The notes beneath the pieces were generated by a model. It was given only the letters and a program-made list of their open reading frames with translations, searched no databases and had not been told where the DNA came from. A stretch of 64,000 bases of DNA from Candidatus Moraniibacteriota bacterium (lineage in GTDB: Bacteria; Patescibacteriota; Minisyncoccia; Moranbacterales; UBA1568), in contig JAAXXZ010000003.1 of assembly GCA_013334245.1 (NCBI GenBank), positions 2 to 64,001 on the forward strand. The letters run 5' to 3'. Position numbers and translations under genes: made by a program. Positions 18,123 through 28,707 of this stretch are shown here, piece after piece. Each line of letters opens with the position of its first letter. The stretch's first letter is position 1.

Positions 18123-18803
18123 ATGGCTGCTGTTAAGAATATACATCAGTGCCTAGAAATTGATGCTAAACCATATATGACCCAGGAACTTCCGACAATT
18201 GCCGATGAGATCAGGGCGGGGAAATGGTCGGGTTTGATTCCCGAAGTGTATGCGCTGAAGGAGGTCGTCGAGAACAGCCGCCGTTGGCATAAGAACGATT
18301 CGGTATTCGACCACACCCTGCGGGCGATGGACGGTCTGGACGATGTCTTGGAGAAGGCCGGAGAAACGGTACATACATACCTCGGTCAGGTGGTCGGTCG
18401 TTATTCCCGAAAAGACCTGCTGTATCTGGCATTGCTGTTCCACGATCTGGGCAAGAAGGATACGCTTTGTGTCGTGGACGGCTTCACGAATGCCCCCGAT
18501 CATGAATCGGTGGGTGCAAAACAGGCGGTGCCGATCCTCGCCCGGCTGGGTCTTACGGAAGATGAACGCGACCATGTGGTCGCGCTCATCCAAAATCACG
18601 GAGCGACGTTCTCCATCGTAGACCCTGGGAACGACCGGTTGGAGGAGCAAATTGCGGAAATCAGGGAGCAATACGGGGATGTGTTCGTGGAAATCATCCT
18701 GTTGTCGATGGCGGATGCGCTCGGTTCGCAGATCGGTGAAACGGATCCCGCGGAATTCGCTTTCCGAATGCGTACGTACGAAGGTATTCTTGGTCGGATC
18801 TGA
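18123..18803 (+). CDS. HD-domain phosphohydrolase (similar to the HD domain of CCA-adding enzymes)
   Basis: H..SVFDHT, LALLFHDLGK, HESVGA and LSMAD motifs; start may be 18177. Confidence 0.85.
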   Translation: MAAVKNIHQCLEIDAKPYMTQELPTIADEIRAGKWSGLIPEVYALKEVVENSRRWHKNDSVFDHTLRAMDGLDDVLEKAGETVHTYLGQVVGRYSRKDLLYLALLFHDLGKKDTLCVVDGFTNAPDHESVGAKQAVPILARLGLTEDERDHVVALIQNHGATFSIVDPGNDRLEEQIAEIREQYGDVFVEIILLSMADALGSQIGETDPAEFAFRMRTYEGILGRI

Positions 18804-18964
18804 TAGAGAGACATTTCTTGATAGGATCGGACTGGTTATCGAAAATGTCATCGACGCGTGTCGCGAAGGCGTGTGTGCCTAGAACACCGAAATAAAAATT
18901 CATTAGACATGTCCTTTTTGAGCCAAAAATGATACTATCGTGTTACGAAAAATGGGGTCGCAAT

Positions 18965-19318
18965 ATGCGTATCTGGGACGTAGAGCCGAAATATCTGTGC
19001 CGGAAGCATCTCCTGGCCGAACATAGGGAGTTGCACGGACTTTGGAATATCCTGACCGTTCATGGCGGAACGGGCGGGTATTCGCGACACCCTGAGACAC
19101 TTCGATGGGTCGGAAAAACGAAAGCGCTGTATGCCCGACACGAGGAGCTGGTTCGTGAGTTCGCTCGGCGGGGCTACGATCACCGGACGCCGCTTGATGA
19201 GCGCCTGGCTTTCGGTTCCGAAATGCAGGACGTCTTTCGGGACACTCCCGAGGAACAGATACGGATGCTGAAAGAAAAGCAGTGCGATTGTCGAGCGCGT
19301 GGAAGCGACGTATGTTAG
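18965..19318 (+). CDS. Pyrimidine dimer DNA glycosylase / endonuclease V family
   Basis: MRIWD, HLLAEHRE, HPETLRW and RRGYDH motifs. Confidence 0.85.
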   Translation: MRIWDVEPKYLCRKHLLAEHRELHGLWNILTVHGGTGGYSRHPETLRWVGKTKALYARHEELVREFARRGYDHRTPLDERLAFGSEMQDVFRDTPEEQIRMLKEKQCDCRARGSDVC

Positions 19319-19632
19319 GTATGTTTGTTCACGACGTGACGGGGTACGAGGACGGTGCTGTCCCAGAACCGTTCGTCACATATACGCAGCTGGAGGCCGG
19401 TTCGTATCCGGCCGGAAAAAGATGGGTCAGGTCGCAAAGCGATTTCCGTTCACATTTTCGAAAGGTTTAATAGCGTTCCATCGGCGTTTGGAGTGGACAT
19501 TATGCCCTATTTATGGGCTATTTTCGTTTTGACTTCGAAGCGGAAATCGGCTATAAGGAAGATGACGAACAGCGGACAGGATACGGATGTCGTCCGCACG
19601 CTTTCAGAAACTTAACAACAATGGAGTGAACC

Positions 19633-20139
19633 ATGATTAAAAAGATGGTTGCAGTGTGCTTTGCGATATCCGTCGTTCTTTTCGGAAATATCGCAGTAAA
19701 TGCCGAGAACAACAACGAAGCGTATCTCGGGAATATGGCCTACCGGCCCATCGAGTGGAATACGCGATCACAGCTGGGCCGGAAGTACTGCCAGCTGCGA
19801 GGCGGGGAGTATGCAAGCGATGCGGGCATATACGCCGAGACCCTGAAGATGACGGGCCACGTCGTGGGGGACCTGAACGGGGACGGAATTCCCGATGCCA
19901 TCGTCGTACTGGTGCATTCTTTCGGAGGATCGGGGTCTGTCTTGCAGATGGCGGCGGTGATAGGGTATCCCGGCAGGAGACTCGAACACGTGGCATCGAT
20001 TAACCTTGGCAAGGGGGTCCACGTGATCTATGTCGACATCGGACGTGGAGGGAAAATCGAAGTGAAATTGACGACGGACGACAATCTGATTTCGTGTCGT
20101 ACGTATCACTTCAGAGGAAACCGGATCACCAAAGGTTGA
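19633..20139 (+). CDS. Secreted hypothetical protein with FG-GAP-like Ca-binding motif
   Basis: Signal peptide; GDLNGDGIPDA and GGSG motifs; upstream TTGACT-N17-TATAAG and GGAG RBS. Confidence 0.7.
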   Translation: MIKKMVAVCFAISVVLFGNIAVNAENNNEAYLGNMAYRPIEWNTRSQLGRKYCQLRGGEYASDAGIYAETLKMTGHVVGDLNGDGIPDAIVVLVHSFGGSGSVLQMAAVIGYPGRRLEHVASINLGKGVHVIYVDIGRGGKIEVKLTTDDNLISCRTYHFRGNRITKG

Positions 20140-20325
20140 TCCGGGTATAGGGGGAGCTGTCTACCAGACGCTCCCTCTATATATTTTCCAACATGGCAGC
20201 ACGGGCTTGCCGTTCGGATCGCATGTGAACAGGATAACGAAAGTCGTGTCTGACAGACTTTTTTAGTGCGGATATTTGATATACTGGAAACAAGAAACGA
20301 AGCCTGATTTTTTTGAAGGAGACCT

Positions 20326-21342
20326 ATGAGCATGGAATCGCCGGATAATCATCAGAATGTTCCGGCTAGGACCCCCGAATCGGAGCGGGCGCTGGAGCTG
20401 CTTCGCGTTTGGCGGGAACGGACGCCGGTAATCCTGAAGTCGTCCTCGCCGATACGCAAGAACGGACTGATCGAAAAGGCCGGCTTCAATCCGGACAATA
20501 TACGGGTGATGGTTTCTCCCGATTTGGTCGAGGAGAACGTGTTTGAAACGACGTCCGCCGATTCACGACTCGCGGAAGCATGTGCGGTCGCCAAAGGCGC
20601 GTCGCCGGAAACCATCCCTCCTGAAGCGATCGTCTTCGCGTTCGATACGTTGGTCGTCTGGTATCCCGAGTGTACGGACCCGGCGCATCCGGAGAACGTC
20701 GAATCGTGGCCCGGAGCAAGTATCCGGAAACCGAAGAATATTACAGAGGCGAAAGAGACGACGAAACGACTTTTTCTAGGTGTGCTTGCGAACCACGCGA
20801 ATTTCCGAGTGCACGCGAAGATGTCGGGAGTGCCGGAAGGGGACAATGCAGACAAGCGTGAAGAAAATTCGAAAAAGGATTTCGCGTCCGGCATACACGC
20901 GGTTACGAGCCTCGATGTCCGCTTTCCGAATTCCGAATCCTCGGAAAATTATCGCGACAGGATTATCGCGCGACCGCAACGACTTTATGGACTGATCGAG
21001 GGGATGGATATCGATACCGATCGCATTACGACCGAAACCGTGACGTCGTGGAAATGCGGCGACGGTGGTTCTGTCGATGAGGCGCTTGATGAAATCATCG
21101 AAAAAATGTTCAAACGCATGAAGGACGTCGGCATAGATCCGTTGAAGATCTGCGGGGGAGTGGCGTACAGTGATGACGGAGTTCGGGAACTGCTCGGCAT
21201 CACCGAGATCGCGGACGTGTGTCCAGACGGTCTGAAGTCGGATATTCCGGATCGAAGCATCTATTCCGGTTATCCCGAAACGCTGGTCAATAACGTTTTG
21301 AATCGCAGGGCGTTCGAAATCGCGACGGGCAAGAAGAGCTGA
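20326..21342 (+). CDS. Divergent Maf-family nucleotide pyrophosphatase with insertions
   Basis: ILKSSSPIR, AVAKG, AFDTLV, RKP and KICGG match the Maf motif order. Confidence 0.65.
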   Translation: MSMESPDNHQNVPARTPESERALELLRVWRERTPVILKSSSPIRKNGLIEKAGFNPDNIRVMVSPDLVEENVFETTSADSRLAEACAVAKGASPETIPPEAIVFAFDTLVVWYPECTDPAHPENVESWPGASIRKPKNITEAKETTKRLFLGVLANHANFRVHAKMSGVPEGDNADKREENSKKDFASGIHAVTSLDVRFPNSESSENYRDRIIARPQRLYGLIEGMDIDTDRITTETVTSWKCGDGGSVDEALDEIIEKMFKRMKDVGIDPLKICGGVAYSDDGVRELLGITEIADVCPDGLKSDIPDRSIYSGYPETLVNNVLNRRAFEIATGKKS

Positions 21343-21379
21343 CGTCTCAATGCCATTTCAGGCGGATCCGGGGCAATCG

Positions 21380-21511
21380 GTCTTTGCGAGACATACATAT
21401 GTTCATAGGTGTGTCGTGGCAATCCATTCGTATCCATTAGGAATCGGATACGGGGGCATATTTCTGGACCGCCACGCCCCGCGCTTTGCAAAGAGCGGGA
21501 CTCGCGGAGAC
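21380..21511. repeat. REP-like palindrome, family C
   Basis: Same termini and internal motifs as 15218-15317. Confidence 0.7.
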
Positions 21512-21584
21512 AGAGTAGTGTTGCGATGATACGCATGTTCGGATGAATTAGAGCCTATCTCAAAAATACGACAAGCACGGTTTT

Positions 21585-21694
21585 GTTATCCCGGTCTCCT
21601 GACCAGCGTATACTGGTTGACCCGGGATCTAGGAAATATGCCGTTTTGGATTCCGGCACTTGTTCCGCGAATGCCGGGCGGAGGCTGGAATGAC
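21585..21694. repeat. REP-like palindrome, family B
   Basis: GTTATCCCGG..GACCCGGGATC..GGGCGGAGGCTGGAATGAC, like 13055-13135. Confidence 0.7.
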
Positions 21695-21784
21695 AGGGAA
21701 AAGAATCTTGAGAAATGCTCAAGTAATATGTGAAGAACGAACAAACCCGGAGCTTCATGAAGAAGATCCGGGTTGTTTTGTCGA

Positions 21785-22234
21785 TCAATGATGCTTCATT
21801 GTTTCGACGGTGCTGTAAACCAGTGGGCCGGCCAGTACTTTGTCGTTGTACGTTGACCGTTCGATGATACTTTCTGCCAAGCGACCTGCGCTGCGGTTTG
21901 AACATACATATGACGCCCGCATGTCTGGTCCTACGAAAATAACGTAGTAGCCAATCCTTTTGCCGGCGTTACCCGTCTTGAGCTGGCAATATATTTTTTC
22001 GTATTCTAATGGCGCGAGCTTGCGATCGGATAAAATAATCGCGAATCCGTAGCTTGTAGACCTCTTATTCATTTTTTCAAGGACGAGGTCGTTCCTCATC
22101 ACCTGAAACGACGACATTTCGTTATACAGCCGCGCTTTCGGGTCTGCATGGAAGTACTCGGTCGCCGCTGCTGTGAGCGAAAATGATACGGAAATGAAGA
22201 GCGCAAGAAGCGCGGCAAGAAAAGTTCTTTTCAT
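21785..22234 (-). CDS. Secreted hypothetical protein
   Basis: Signal peptide MKRTFLAALLALF; perfect TTGACA-N17-TATAAT at 22325-22297; hairpin downstream. Confidence 0.7.
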   Translation of the reverse strand: MKRTFLAALLALFISVSFSLTAAATEYFHADPKARLYNEMSSFQVMRNDLVLEKMNKRSTSYGFAIILSDRKLAPLEYEKIYCQLKTGNAGKRIGYYVIFVGPDMRASYVCSNRSAGRLAESIIERSTYNDKVLAGPLVYSTVETMKHH

Positions 22235-22458
22235 GATATGCCTCATGGATGGCGGGCAGATGCCCTGGTTTGAATTGTTAATTAAATACAAATGCTATTA
22301 TAGCACTATTAACGACTGATGTCAATCATCGTCGGAATATGGCTGAGAAAAGGCGCAAATCGATATCGAGATTTTGTGGCATAGATTTTTTGCAGAACCG
22401 TATTTTGGCAGGTATCAAGGGGGAGTATACTTGTAATGAAGTACTTCGAAGTAAAAGT

Positions 22459-22932
22459 ATGACGCAAAACGATCTGATATCGCTTGTTCAGGAAATCGTA
22501 AAAGACGCCGTACGGCTGAAGGACGCGTACACCGATCTGCGGGACGTGACGGTCGGGTACGCGTGTGTTTTCGCGCACGGAGATGCGGAGTATGCCGAGT
22601 TGAGGAAAGCCGCCGAGTCGATGGGTCAGGAAATCAAGTCGACGCCGACTGGATCCGTATTTTTGGTACAGCCGATGCCGACCGTGGCAGGATCGCTTCG
22701 GGTCCTGAAAATCCGGATTCCGGACGAGACCCGTACCGAACGTGGCGATGCCGACTTCAATGTTCCGGATTATCAGAAGTTCAGAATAGCTGTCATGGGT
22801 ACGCCCGGATTCACGATTATCCCGCGGGCCGATTGCGAGATGATCGAACTTATGGAATCTGGCGCCGACGTCCGCGTCTATTTTTCCGATCCGCCGGTCG
22901 AGAAACAGCTTGGTTTGGCCACGTTGGAATGA
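22459..22932 (+). CDS. Conserved hypothetical protein
   Basis: Host-like codon usage; TPTG, LKIRIPD, ERGDADF and YFS motifs. Confidence 0.7.
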   Translation: MTQNDLISLVQEIVKDAVRLKDAYTDLRDVTVGYACVFAHGDAEYAELRKAAESMGQEIKSTPTGSVFLVQPMPTVAGSLRVLKIRIPDETRTERGDADFNVPDYQKFRIAVMGTPGFTIIPRADCEMIELMESGADVRVYFSDPPVEKQLGLATLE

Positions 22933-23015
22933 ATCAGAATTGGAGACACTCTTCACATGAAAAGGCGAAAAGCGTACACTTTGATTGACATCCGTAATGT
23001 TTCAAATGCTTTCGT

Positions 23016-23915
23016 ATGAAATTCCTTCAGACGGTGCGTGGCAGCGTCTATAACCCGGCCTTTTACAGGCTGGTGCTTTCGGGTGCCGGACCGTCCGCGA
23101 TGCGATACTTTTCGAGTGTCGTAGCGCTCGTAGCCATCGTGGTGACGATCATGTCGGCGGCGTCGTTCTTTCCGTGGCTGTCGTCGACAGGCGGTATCGA
23201 GAAGCTCCGCACGACCGTGCTTTCGGCGTACCCCGACGAGCTTGCGCTCCAGTATCGGGACGGACATGTGACGTCCAATGTCGAAGAGCCGTATTTCATT
23301 CCGATGCCGGCCGCGTCTGGAGCGTCCTCGTCCGACGATCGGACACCGCAGAATCTTCTGGTCATCGATACGACCCATACGGTGGTTCCGCAGGATCTCG
23401 ATCGGTATCATGCGGCGGCGATACTTGCCAGGGACGCCATATGGACGAAGGATTCGAAAGGAATCCAGGTGCATACGTTCGAGGATTGGAAGAGGGATCC
23501 GTTTACGCTCGATGCGGCGGCGGTGACCGGTTTTGTCGATCGGATCGCGGAGATGCTGATGCCGATGATCATCATAGGATTCGCATTGCTTCCGTTGGTG
23601 CTGTTCGTGGCGTTTTCCATCGGGTATCTCGCATACATGCTCTTCGGCACACTGGTTATCATGATCGTCGGCAAGGTGCGGAAGATCGATCTGTCGTACT
23701 CCGTCTCGTATCGGCTGGGATTGTTCCTCATCACGCTTCCGGTAGCATACGGCCTGCTTCGGTCGGCATTTCCGATTCTCAATGTCCCGTTCCTGTTCAC
23801 GATCATCCTGGCGATCGCCGCCTACGCGAATATGGGGCCCGCCGAAGCCAGACCCGTCACCGATGAGAAGATGGACCTGTGGGGAACGGAGCCGGAGAAG
23901 ACCCCATCGGTATGA
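23016..23915 (+). CDS. DUF1189-like membrane protein
   Basis: SVYNPAFY N-terminus, one N-terminal TM, soluble domain, several C-terminal TMs. Confidence 0.75.
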   Translation: MKFLQTVRGSVYNPAFYRLVLSGAGPSAMRYFSSVVALVAIVVTIMSAASFFPWLSSTGGIEKLRTTVLSAYPDELALQYRDGHVTSNVEEPYFIPMPAASGASSSDDRTPQNLLVIDTTHTVVPQDLDRYHAAAILARDAIWTKDSKGIQVHTFEDWKRDPFTLDAAAVTGFVDRIAEMLMPMIIIGFALLPLVLFVAFSIGYLAYMLFGTLVIMIVGKVRKIDLSYSVSYRLGLFLITLPVAYGLLRSAFPILNVPFLFTIILAIAAYANMGPAEARPVTDEKMDLWGTEPEKTPSV

Positions 23916-24115
23916 AAAGGGATATCCGGGTCGAAGTTCGGCGGTGTTCCGAAGGCCTCCGACCGTAGGCCTGTTTCAAGTGTCCGTCAGGAAGCGCTTG
24001 TGAGGCGTTGTTCGCGGATACGACATGCTGCCGTCGCATATCTGCGTTCGGTTGTTGCATGATATAATCCTGCCAGGCCGCTTTGGCTATCCATACGTAT
24101 TCGTTTTCATTTCCT

Positions 24116-25228
24116 ATGAAGAAGATCATCCTGATGGTGGTCGGATGGCTGTTCGTGGTCAACCTGTTCGGGTATGCCGCGCTGAACCGGTTCAATCTGA
24201 CCCCGGATACGTCGTACAAGTGGATCTTGCCGGAAAATTTTCGGGTACCGACGTCGTCCGATCTCGTGGACATGCATAACCGATGGGATTCGTATTGGTA
24301 TCTCGATATCGTTCACAACGGGTATTACCTGAAGACGGATAACACCTTGGCGAACGTCGTTTTCTTTCCGATGTACCCCGCGCTCATTCTCGTCGTCGGC
24401 ACCGTCCTTTTCGGGAACTACGTCCTTGCCGGATGGCTGTTGAGCATGGCTTTTCTTGTCGCGTCGTGTGTCTATCTGTACCGGTACGTGAAGGAGTTCC
24501 ATCCGGATATCGATCCGGAACTGCCGATCGTGCTGATGCTCGTTTTCCCGACGGCGTTCTTCTTCAACGTGATCTATACCGAGTCGATCTTCCTGTTCAT
24601 GACGATCACGGCCTTCTATTACGCATTCAGAAAGGAGTATCGGCTTGCGGGACTGTTCGCGTTCCTCGGGGCGCTGACGCACAGCAACGGTGTGTTTCTG
24701 GCATTGCCGATCCTGTGGAAGATCGTCGAGGAAAACGGATGGAAGAATATGCTGGCTCCGAAGACGTGGTGGAAACTGTACCCGGTCGTTTTCGCGCCGA
24801 TCGGCAGCTTCCTGTTCCTCGGGTATGACTATTGGAAGTTCGGCGACCCGCTTCTGTTCTTCAAGATCCAAAGCAATTGGGGCCGCTCGTTTTCGATCAA
24901 CTGGGAACACTTCTCGACGTTTTCACATCCGTCGATCACGAACATGTGTATCGATATCTTCCTCGCCGTATTCATCATCTCGGCCGTCGTCGCGGTATGG
25001 CGGAAGCTTTCACCCCTCTACGCGATTTTCATGTCGACCACGCTTATCGCTGCATTCACGTCGGGGACGCTTATGAGCGTAGGGCGATACAGTCTCGTGA
25101 TGTTCCCGCTGTTCATCCTGCTTGCGGGCGTGAAAGACCGATACGCGAGAATGGGATGGATCCTCGCATCGACGCTGTTCCTCGCCCTGGATATCATCCT
25201 GTTCGTCAACAATTATTGGGCGGGATAG
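24116..25228 (+). CDS. GT-C mannosyltransferase (PIG-V-like)
   Basis: RWDSYWY, FFPMYP, FPTAFF..YTESIFL, W.R and S.GRY motifs; polytopic membrane protein. Confidence 0.85.
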   Translation: MKKIILMVVGWLFVVNLFGYAALNRFNLTPDTSYKWILPENFRVPTSSDLVDMHNRWDSYWYLDIVHNGYYLKTDNTLANVVFFPMYPALILVVGTVLFGNYVLAGWLLSMAFLVASCVYLYRYVKEFHPDIDPELPIVLMLVFPTAFFFNVIYTESIFLFMTITAFYYAFRKEYRLAGLFAFLGALTHSNGVFLALPILWKIVEENGWKNMLAPKTWWKLYPVVFAPIGSFLFLGYDYWKFGDPLLFFKIQSNWGRSFSINWEHFSTFSHPSITNMCIDIFLAVFIISAVVAVWRKLSPLYAIFMSTTLIAAFTSGTLMSVGRYSLVMFPLFILLAGVKDRYARMGWILASTLFLALDIILFVNNYWAG

Positions 25229-25347
25229 CTGCAGGGGATGATTTTTCGCGGCTTAACCGGACATTTGACGAAAAGTGTGCAGAAAGTTCAAAAGCGGTCA
25301 GATGTTGTGTCTGTCCGCTTTTGATTTTGCTCGATAGGAGCCGCAGG

Positions 25348-25722
25348 TTACATGCCGTAACACCCGAATGACGGGATCTCGATCCCGAGAAGCACGAAGA
25401 CGAATTCGAATGCTTCTGCGGCCGCATCGCCGATCGTGTCGGCGAGGATGTCCGGAATCCATTCCAGACATGCGTCGAGGGCGGACTCCATCGTCTCGAC
25501 GACCTTTTCAAGAACATTTCCGGCTGCACTGATGACCGCTGTTTCAGCGATCTGGATGCCGTGGCCGACGAGGCTGAGCGTATCAGCCACGCCTTCGACG
25601 ATACCCATGCCGAATTCGATTGGTGCGAACAGGATGTTTTTGAGATGCGTTATTACTGTGCCAAGCCAGTTGGTAGGCTCGGAAATGGTTTGCGGGCAAG
25701 CCGCGTCTGCAGGTGTGCTCAT
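25348..25722 (-). CDS. Hypothetical acidic amphipathic protein
   Basis: 124-aa ORF preceded by AGGA; hairpin terminator at ~25292-25322. Confidence 0.55.
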   Translation of the reverse strand: MSTPADAACPQTISEPTNWLGTVITHLKNILFAPIEFGMGIVEGVADTLSLVGHGIQIAETAVISAAGNVLEKVVETMESALDACLEWIPDILADTIGDAAAEAFEFVFVLLGIEIPSFGCYGM

Positions 25723-25887
25723 TGCTATGTTCCTGGATAATATTGTGAAAGGCTTTCGCTGAACTAAAGCCACGGTCTGTCAAGATTTCTCAGAAGGATA
25801 TTGCACAGCAATCCTTTCTGAAAGAGTATCCGATTTAGTTGCGTTTCGTGATAGTATGTACGGGGTGAAATCGATAGGACACGAAAT

Positions 25888-26184
25888 ATGACCATGAACC
25901 AACCCTCGCCGCAGCAGATCCAGATCAAAGCAAGCGACGAAAGGCTGAAGGGGGAATATGCGAACACGATGCAGGTCATGCATACGAAAGAGGAGTTTGT
26001 GATCGACTTCCTGAACGTCTTTCCTCCCTCGGGCACGTTGAATGCCAGAATCATCGTGAGTCCGGGACATTTCAAGCGCATTCTTCTTGCCATGCAGGAG
26101 AACCTGAAAAAGTACGAGTCCGGTTTCGGCGAGGTTTCGCCGTCTGATGCTCCGAAGACTCGGATCGGTTTCGGTGAGGAATAA
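25888..26184 (+). CDS. DUF3467 family protein
   Basis: GEYAN, HTKEEFVIDF and ARIIVSPGHFK motifs. Confidence 0.88.
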   Translation: MTMNQPSPQQIQIKASDERLKGEYANTMQVMHTKEEFVIDFLNVFPPSGTLNARIIVSPGHFKRILLAMQENLKKYESGFGEVSPSDAPKTRIGFGEE

Positions 26185-26205
26185 GGACGAAAGACAAACG
26201 GTACT

Positions 26206-26865
26206 ATGAAACTGTTGCTCACATCCGGTGGAATCACGAACGAGTCGATCGAACAGGCTTTGCTCGGATTGGTCGGAAAGCCGGCCGATGAGACGTCACT
26301 CGTGTTCGTTCCCACCGCCTCGAACGTCGAACCCGGGGATAAGAGTTGGCTCATCGACGATCTGGTGAGGCTGAAGAGGATCGGCTTCAAGATCATCGAC
26401 ATCGCCGACATATCGGCAATCGACAAGGATGTGTGGCTTCCGAGGGTGGAAGCGGCGGATATCCTGTATTTCGAAGGAGGTGATACGTACCATCTCCTGA
26501 AGTGGGTGCGTCAATCCGGCCTGGGCGCCGAACTGTCGGGGCTGCTCACGAACAAGGTATATGTCGGAGTCAGTGCGGGAAGCATGATAACGAACACGTC
26601 GTTGAATCTTCGGGTAAGCCACGAGATTTACGCGGAAGGGTTCGATCAGACTGCGGACATACCCGCACTCGGATTTGTAGACCTGCAGTTCCTTCCGCAT
26701 TTGAACGCATCTTTCTTTCCGACCGCGACGGAAGAACAAATACGCGAGGTGGTAAGCGGGGTGGCAGGGGTGACGTACGCAGTGGATGATGCGTGCGCCC
26801 TGCGAATCGTCGACGGGGACGTTTCCGTCGTCGGTGAAGGGAAGTGGTTAACGATAAACGGTTGA
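26206..26865 (+). CDS. Peptidase E (S51 family)
   Basis: LLLTSGG, FVPTA, EGGDT, GVSAGS and PH motifs. Confidence 0.9.
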   Translation: MKLLLTSGGITNESIEQALLGLVGKPADETSLVFVPTASNVEPGDKSWLIDDLVRLKRIGFKIIDIADISAIDKDVWLPRVEAADILYFEGGDTYHLLKWVRQSGLGAELSGLLTNKVYVGVSAGSMITNTSLNLRVSHEIYAEGFDQTADIPALGFVDLQFLPHLNASFFPTATEEQIREVVSGVAGVTYAVDDACALRIVDGDVSVVGEGKWLTING

Positions 26866-26875
26866 TCGCACCGAT

Positions 26876-27487
26876 ATGAGTACCGTGAACAACGAGGAGA
26901 TAGAAGTGGTGTTTCTCGAGATCGACCAAGACGACATTGAGCGTCGGTTGGCGGGAATCGGGGCGGAGAAGGTGGGCGATATCCTGTATCGTCATACCGC
27001 TTTCGATTATCCCGATTATCGGCTGAACAGCGACAATGCGTGGATACGTCTTCGTGACGAAGGGGACGAGATAGTCCTGGCATACAAGAAGCGTCTTGGG
27101 GTCACCTCTCAGGATGGCAGTACGAACGACGAGGGAATGGAAGAGATCGAATTGGTCGTGGACGATTACTATATGACGAAGGCATTTCTTGCCAAGATAG
27201 GACTCATCGAGAAACACGAGGGAGAGAAGAAAAGGACACGATGGCGGAAAGGGGAGACCGAGTTCGATATCGATACGTGGCCGGGGATACCGACCATGCT
27301 CGAGATCGAAGCGCCGTCGTGGGACGACATCGATATCGCGACGGAGGCTTTGGGACTCCGAAAGGAAGACCGGAAGATCTGTTCGGTGAACCAGGTGTAT
27401 CAGCTGTACGGCATGAACGTGAATGATTATCGGAAGATCGCTTTCGATGGACTGGTGCGGAAGGACGGGTTATCGGTCGATGTGTAA
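26876..27487 (+). CDS. CYTH-domain protein (class IV adenylate cyclase/triphosphatase-like)
   Basis: EIEV, WIRLRD, EEIE, EKKR, DIDTWP and LEIE motifs. Confidence 0.88.
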   Translation: MSTVNNEEIEVVFLEIDQDDIERRLAGIGAEKVGDILYRHTAFDYPDYRLNSDNAWIRLRDEGDEIVLAYKKRLGVTSQDGSTNDEGMEEIELVVDDYYMTKAFLAKIGLIEKHEGEKKRTRWRKGETEFDIDTWPGIPTMLEIEAPSWDDIDIATEALGLRKEDRKICSVNQVYQLYGMNVNDYRKIAFDGLVRKDGLSVDV

Positions 27488-27502
27488 CGACATGCAAACG
27501 CT

Positions 27503-27925
27503 ATGCTGTGGCTATTGTTCGTGTTTCTGACTATCCTGACGTGGGGGAGTTACAACGTGCTGTTGAAATTGGCCGAGCCACACATCAGCCAGTCATGGGC
27601 GTTGTTCCTGATCGGTGTCGTACAGGTGGTCGTAGGAGTGTTCTTCATATGGTATCAGAGAGCGAACGATGAGGCGCTGCTTACGATAAAGGGCGCGATG
27701 ATAGCGGTCATTGCAGGCCTTGTGTTCGTCATGGGCATGATTTTTTTCCTGTACGCCTTCAAATTCAAAGCTCCGGCATCCGTCGCCATCGCGCTGTATA
27801 CCGTAGGCGCCCTACTGATCGGCGTGATTTCCGGCCCGCTCGTTTTCCATGAAGTACTGACGTCGAGAATCCTGACGGGTATAGGGTTTGCACTGGTCAG
27901 TATCGCTATCCTGACGCTCAAATAA
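27503..27925 (+). CDS. EamA/DMT-family small membrane transporter
   Basis: Five predicted TM segments; FHE.LT..GI pattern. Confidence 0.75.
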   Translation: MLWLLFVFLTILTWGSYNVLLKLAEPHISQSWALFLIGVVQVVVGVFFIWYQRANDEALLTIKGAMIAVIAGLVFVMGMIFFLYAFKFKAPASVAIALYTVGALLIGVISGPLVFHEVLTSRILTGIGFALVSIAILTLK

Positions 27926-27927
27926 AT

Positions 27928-28623
27928 ATGCAAAACCTACCGACCGCGGAAGTGTACGAGAAGGAGTTCAGGTATATGCCTTGGGGCATCCTTATTCACG
28001 AGATCATGGATCGTATCGCGGAGGATGTTCCGCAGGAAGGAAAGGTGTTGGATTTATTGTGCGGTACCGGATATCTTCTTTCTGAACTAAAGAAGAGGCG
28101 TCCGGATATCTCGTTCGTCGGCGTCGATATGGAATCCGAATTCATCGATTTCGCGATGGAACGGTATGACAGTATCGAGTTCAAGGCGGCGGATGTCCTG
28201 AAGTGGACGGATGATCGCCGATTCGACGCCGTTCTCTGTACCGCCGGCCTGCATCATCTGCCGTATGAAATGCAGGACGCGTTCGTCGGGAAGGTCGCCG
28301 GCTTCGTGGGGGAGGGCGGATTCGCGATCATCGCCGACCCGTATATCGACGATTATGCGGACGAGATCGAACGAAAACTGGCGTCGGCGAAACTCGGATA
28401 TGAGTACCTGGCGGCGACCATCAGAAACGGCGGCACCGATGACGTGATCGATGCGGCCCTGACTCTGATCGGCAATGATATATATACCGTAGAGTTCAAG
28501 ACCTCGGTTGCGAAGAATCGGCCCGTTTTCAGCCGATATTTTGGGAAGGTCGAGGAACATAAAACATGGCCGGAAACCGACGGAGGAGGGTATGGTGATT
28601 ATTATTTCATTCTCAGACGTTAA
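27928..28623 (+). CDS. Class I SAM-dependent methyltransferase
   Basis: VLDLLCGTG, GVD, FDAV and LHHL motifs. Confidence 0.9.
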   Translation: MQNLPTAEVYEKEFRYMPWGILIHEIMDRIAEDVPQEGKVLDLLCGTGYLLSELKKRRPDISFVGVDMESEFIDFAMERYDSIEFKAADVLKWTDDRRFDAVLCTAGLHHLPYEMQDAFVGKVAGFVGEGGFAIIADPYIDDYADEIERKLASAKLGYEYLAATIRNGGTDDVIDAALTLIGNDIYTVEFKTSVAKNRPVFSRYFGKVEEHKTWPETDGGGYGDYYFILRR

Positions 28624-28707
28624 CAGGGTTTCTAGAGAGAGGGATTCTTCATTTTACGGTCTTCTGATATACTGGACGGGTCGGAAATAACAACGTAAGA
28701 AAAAAAT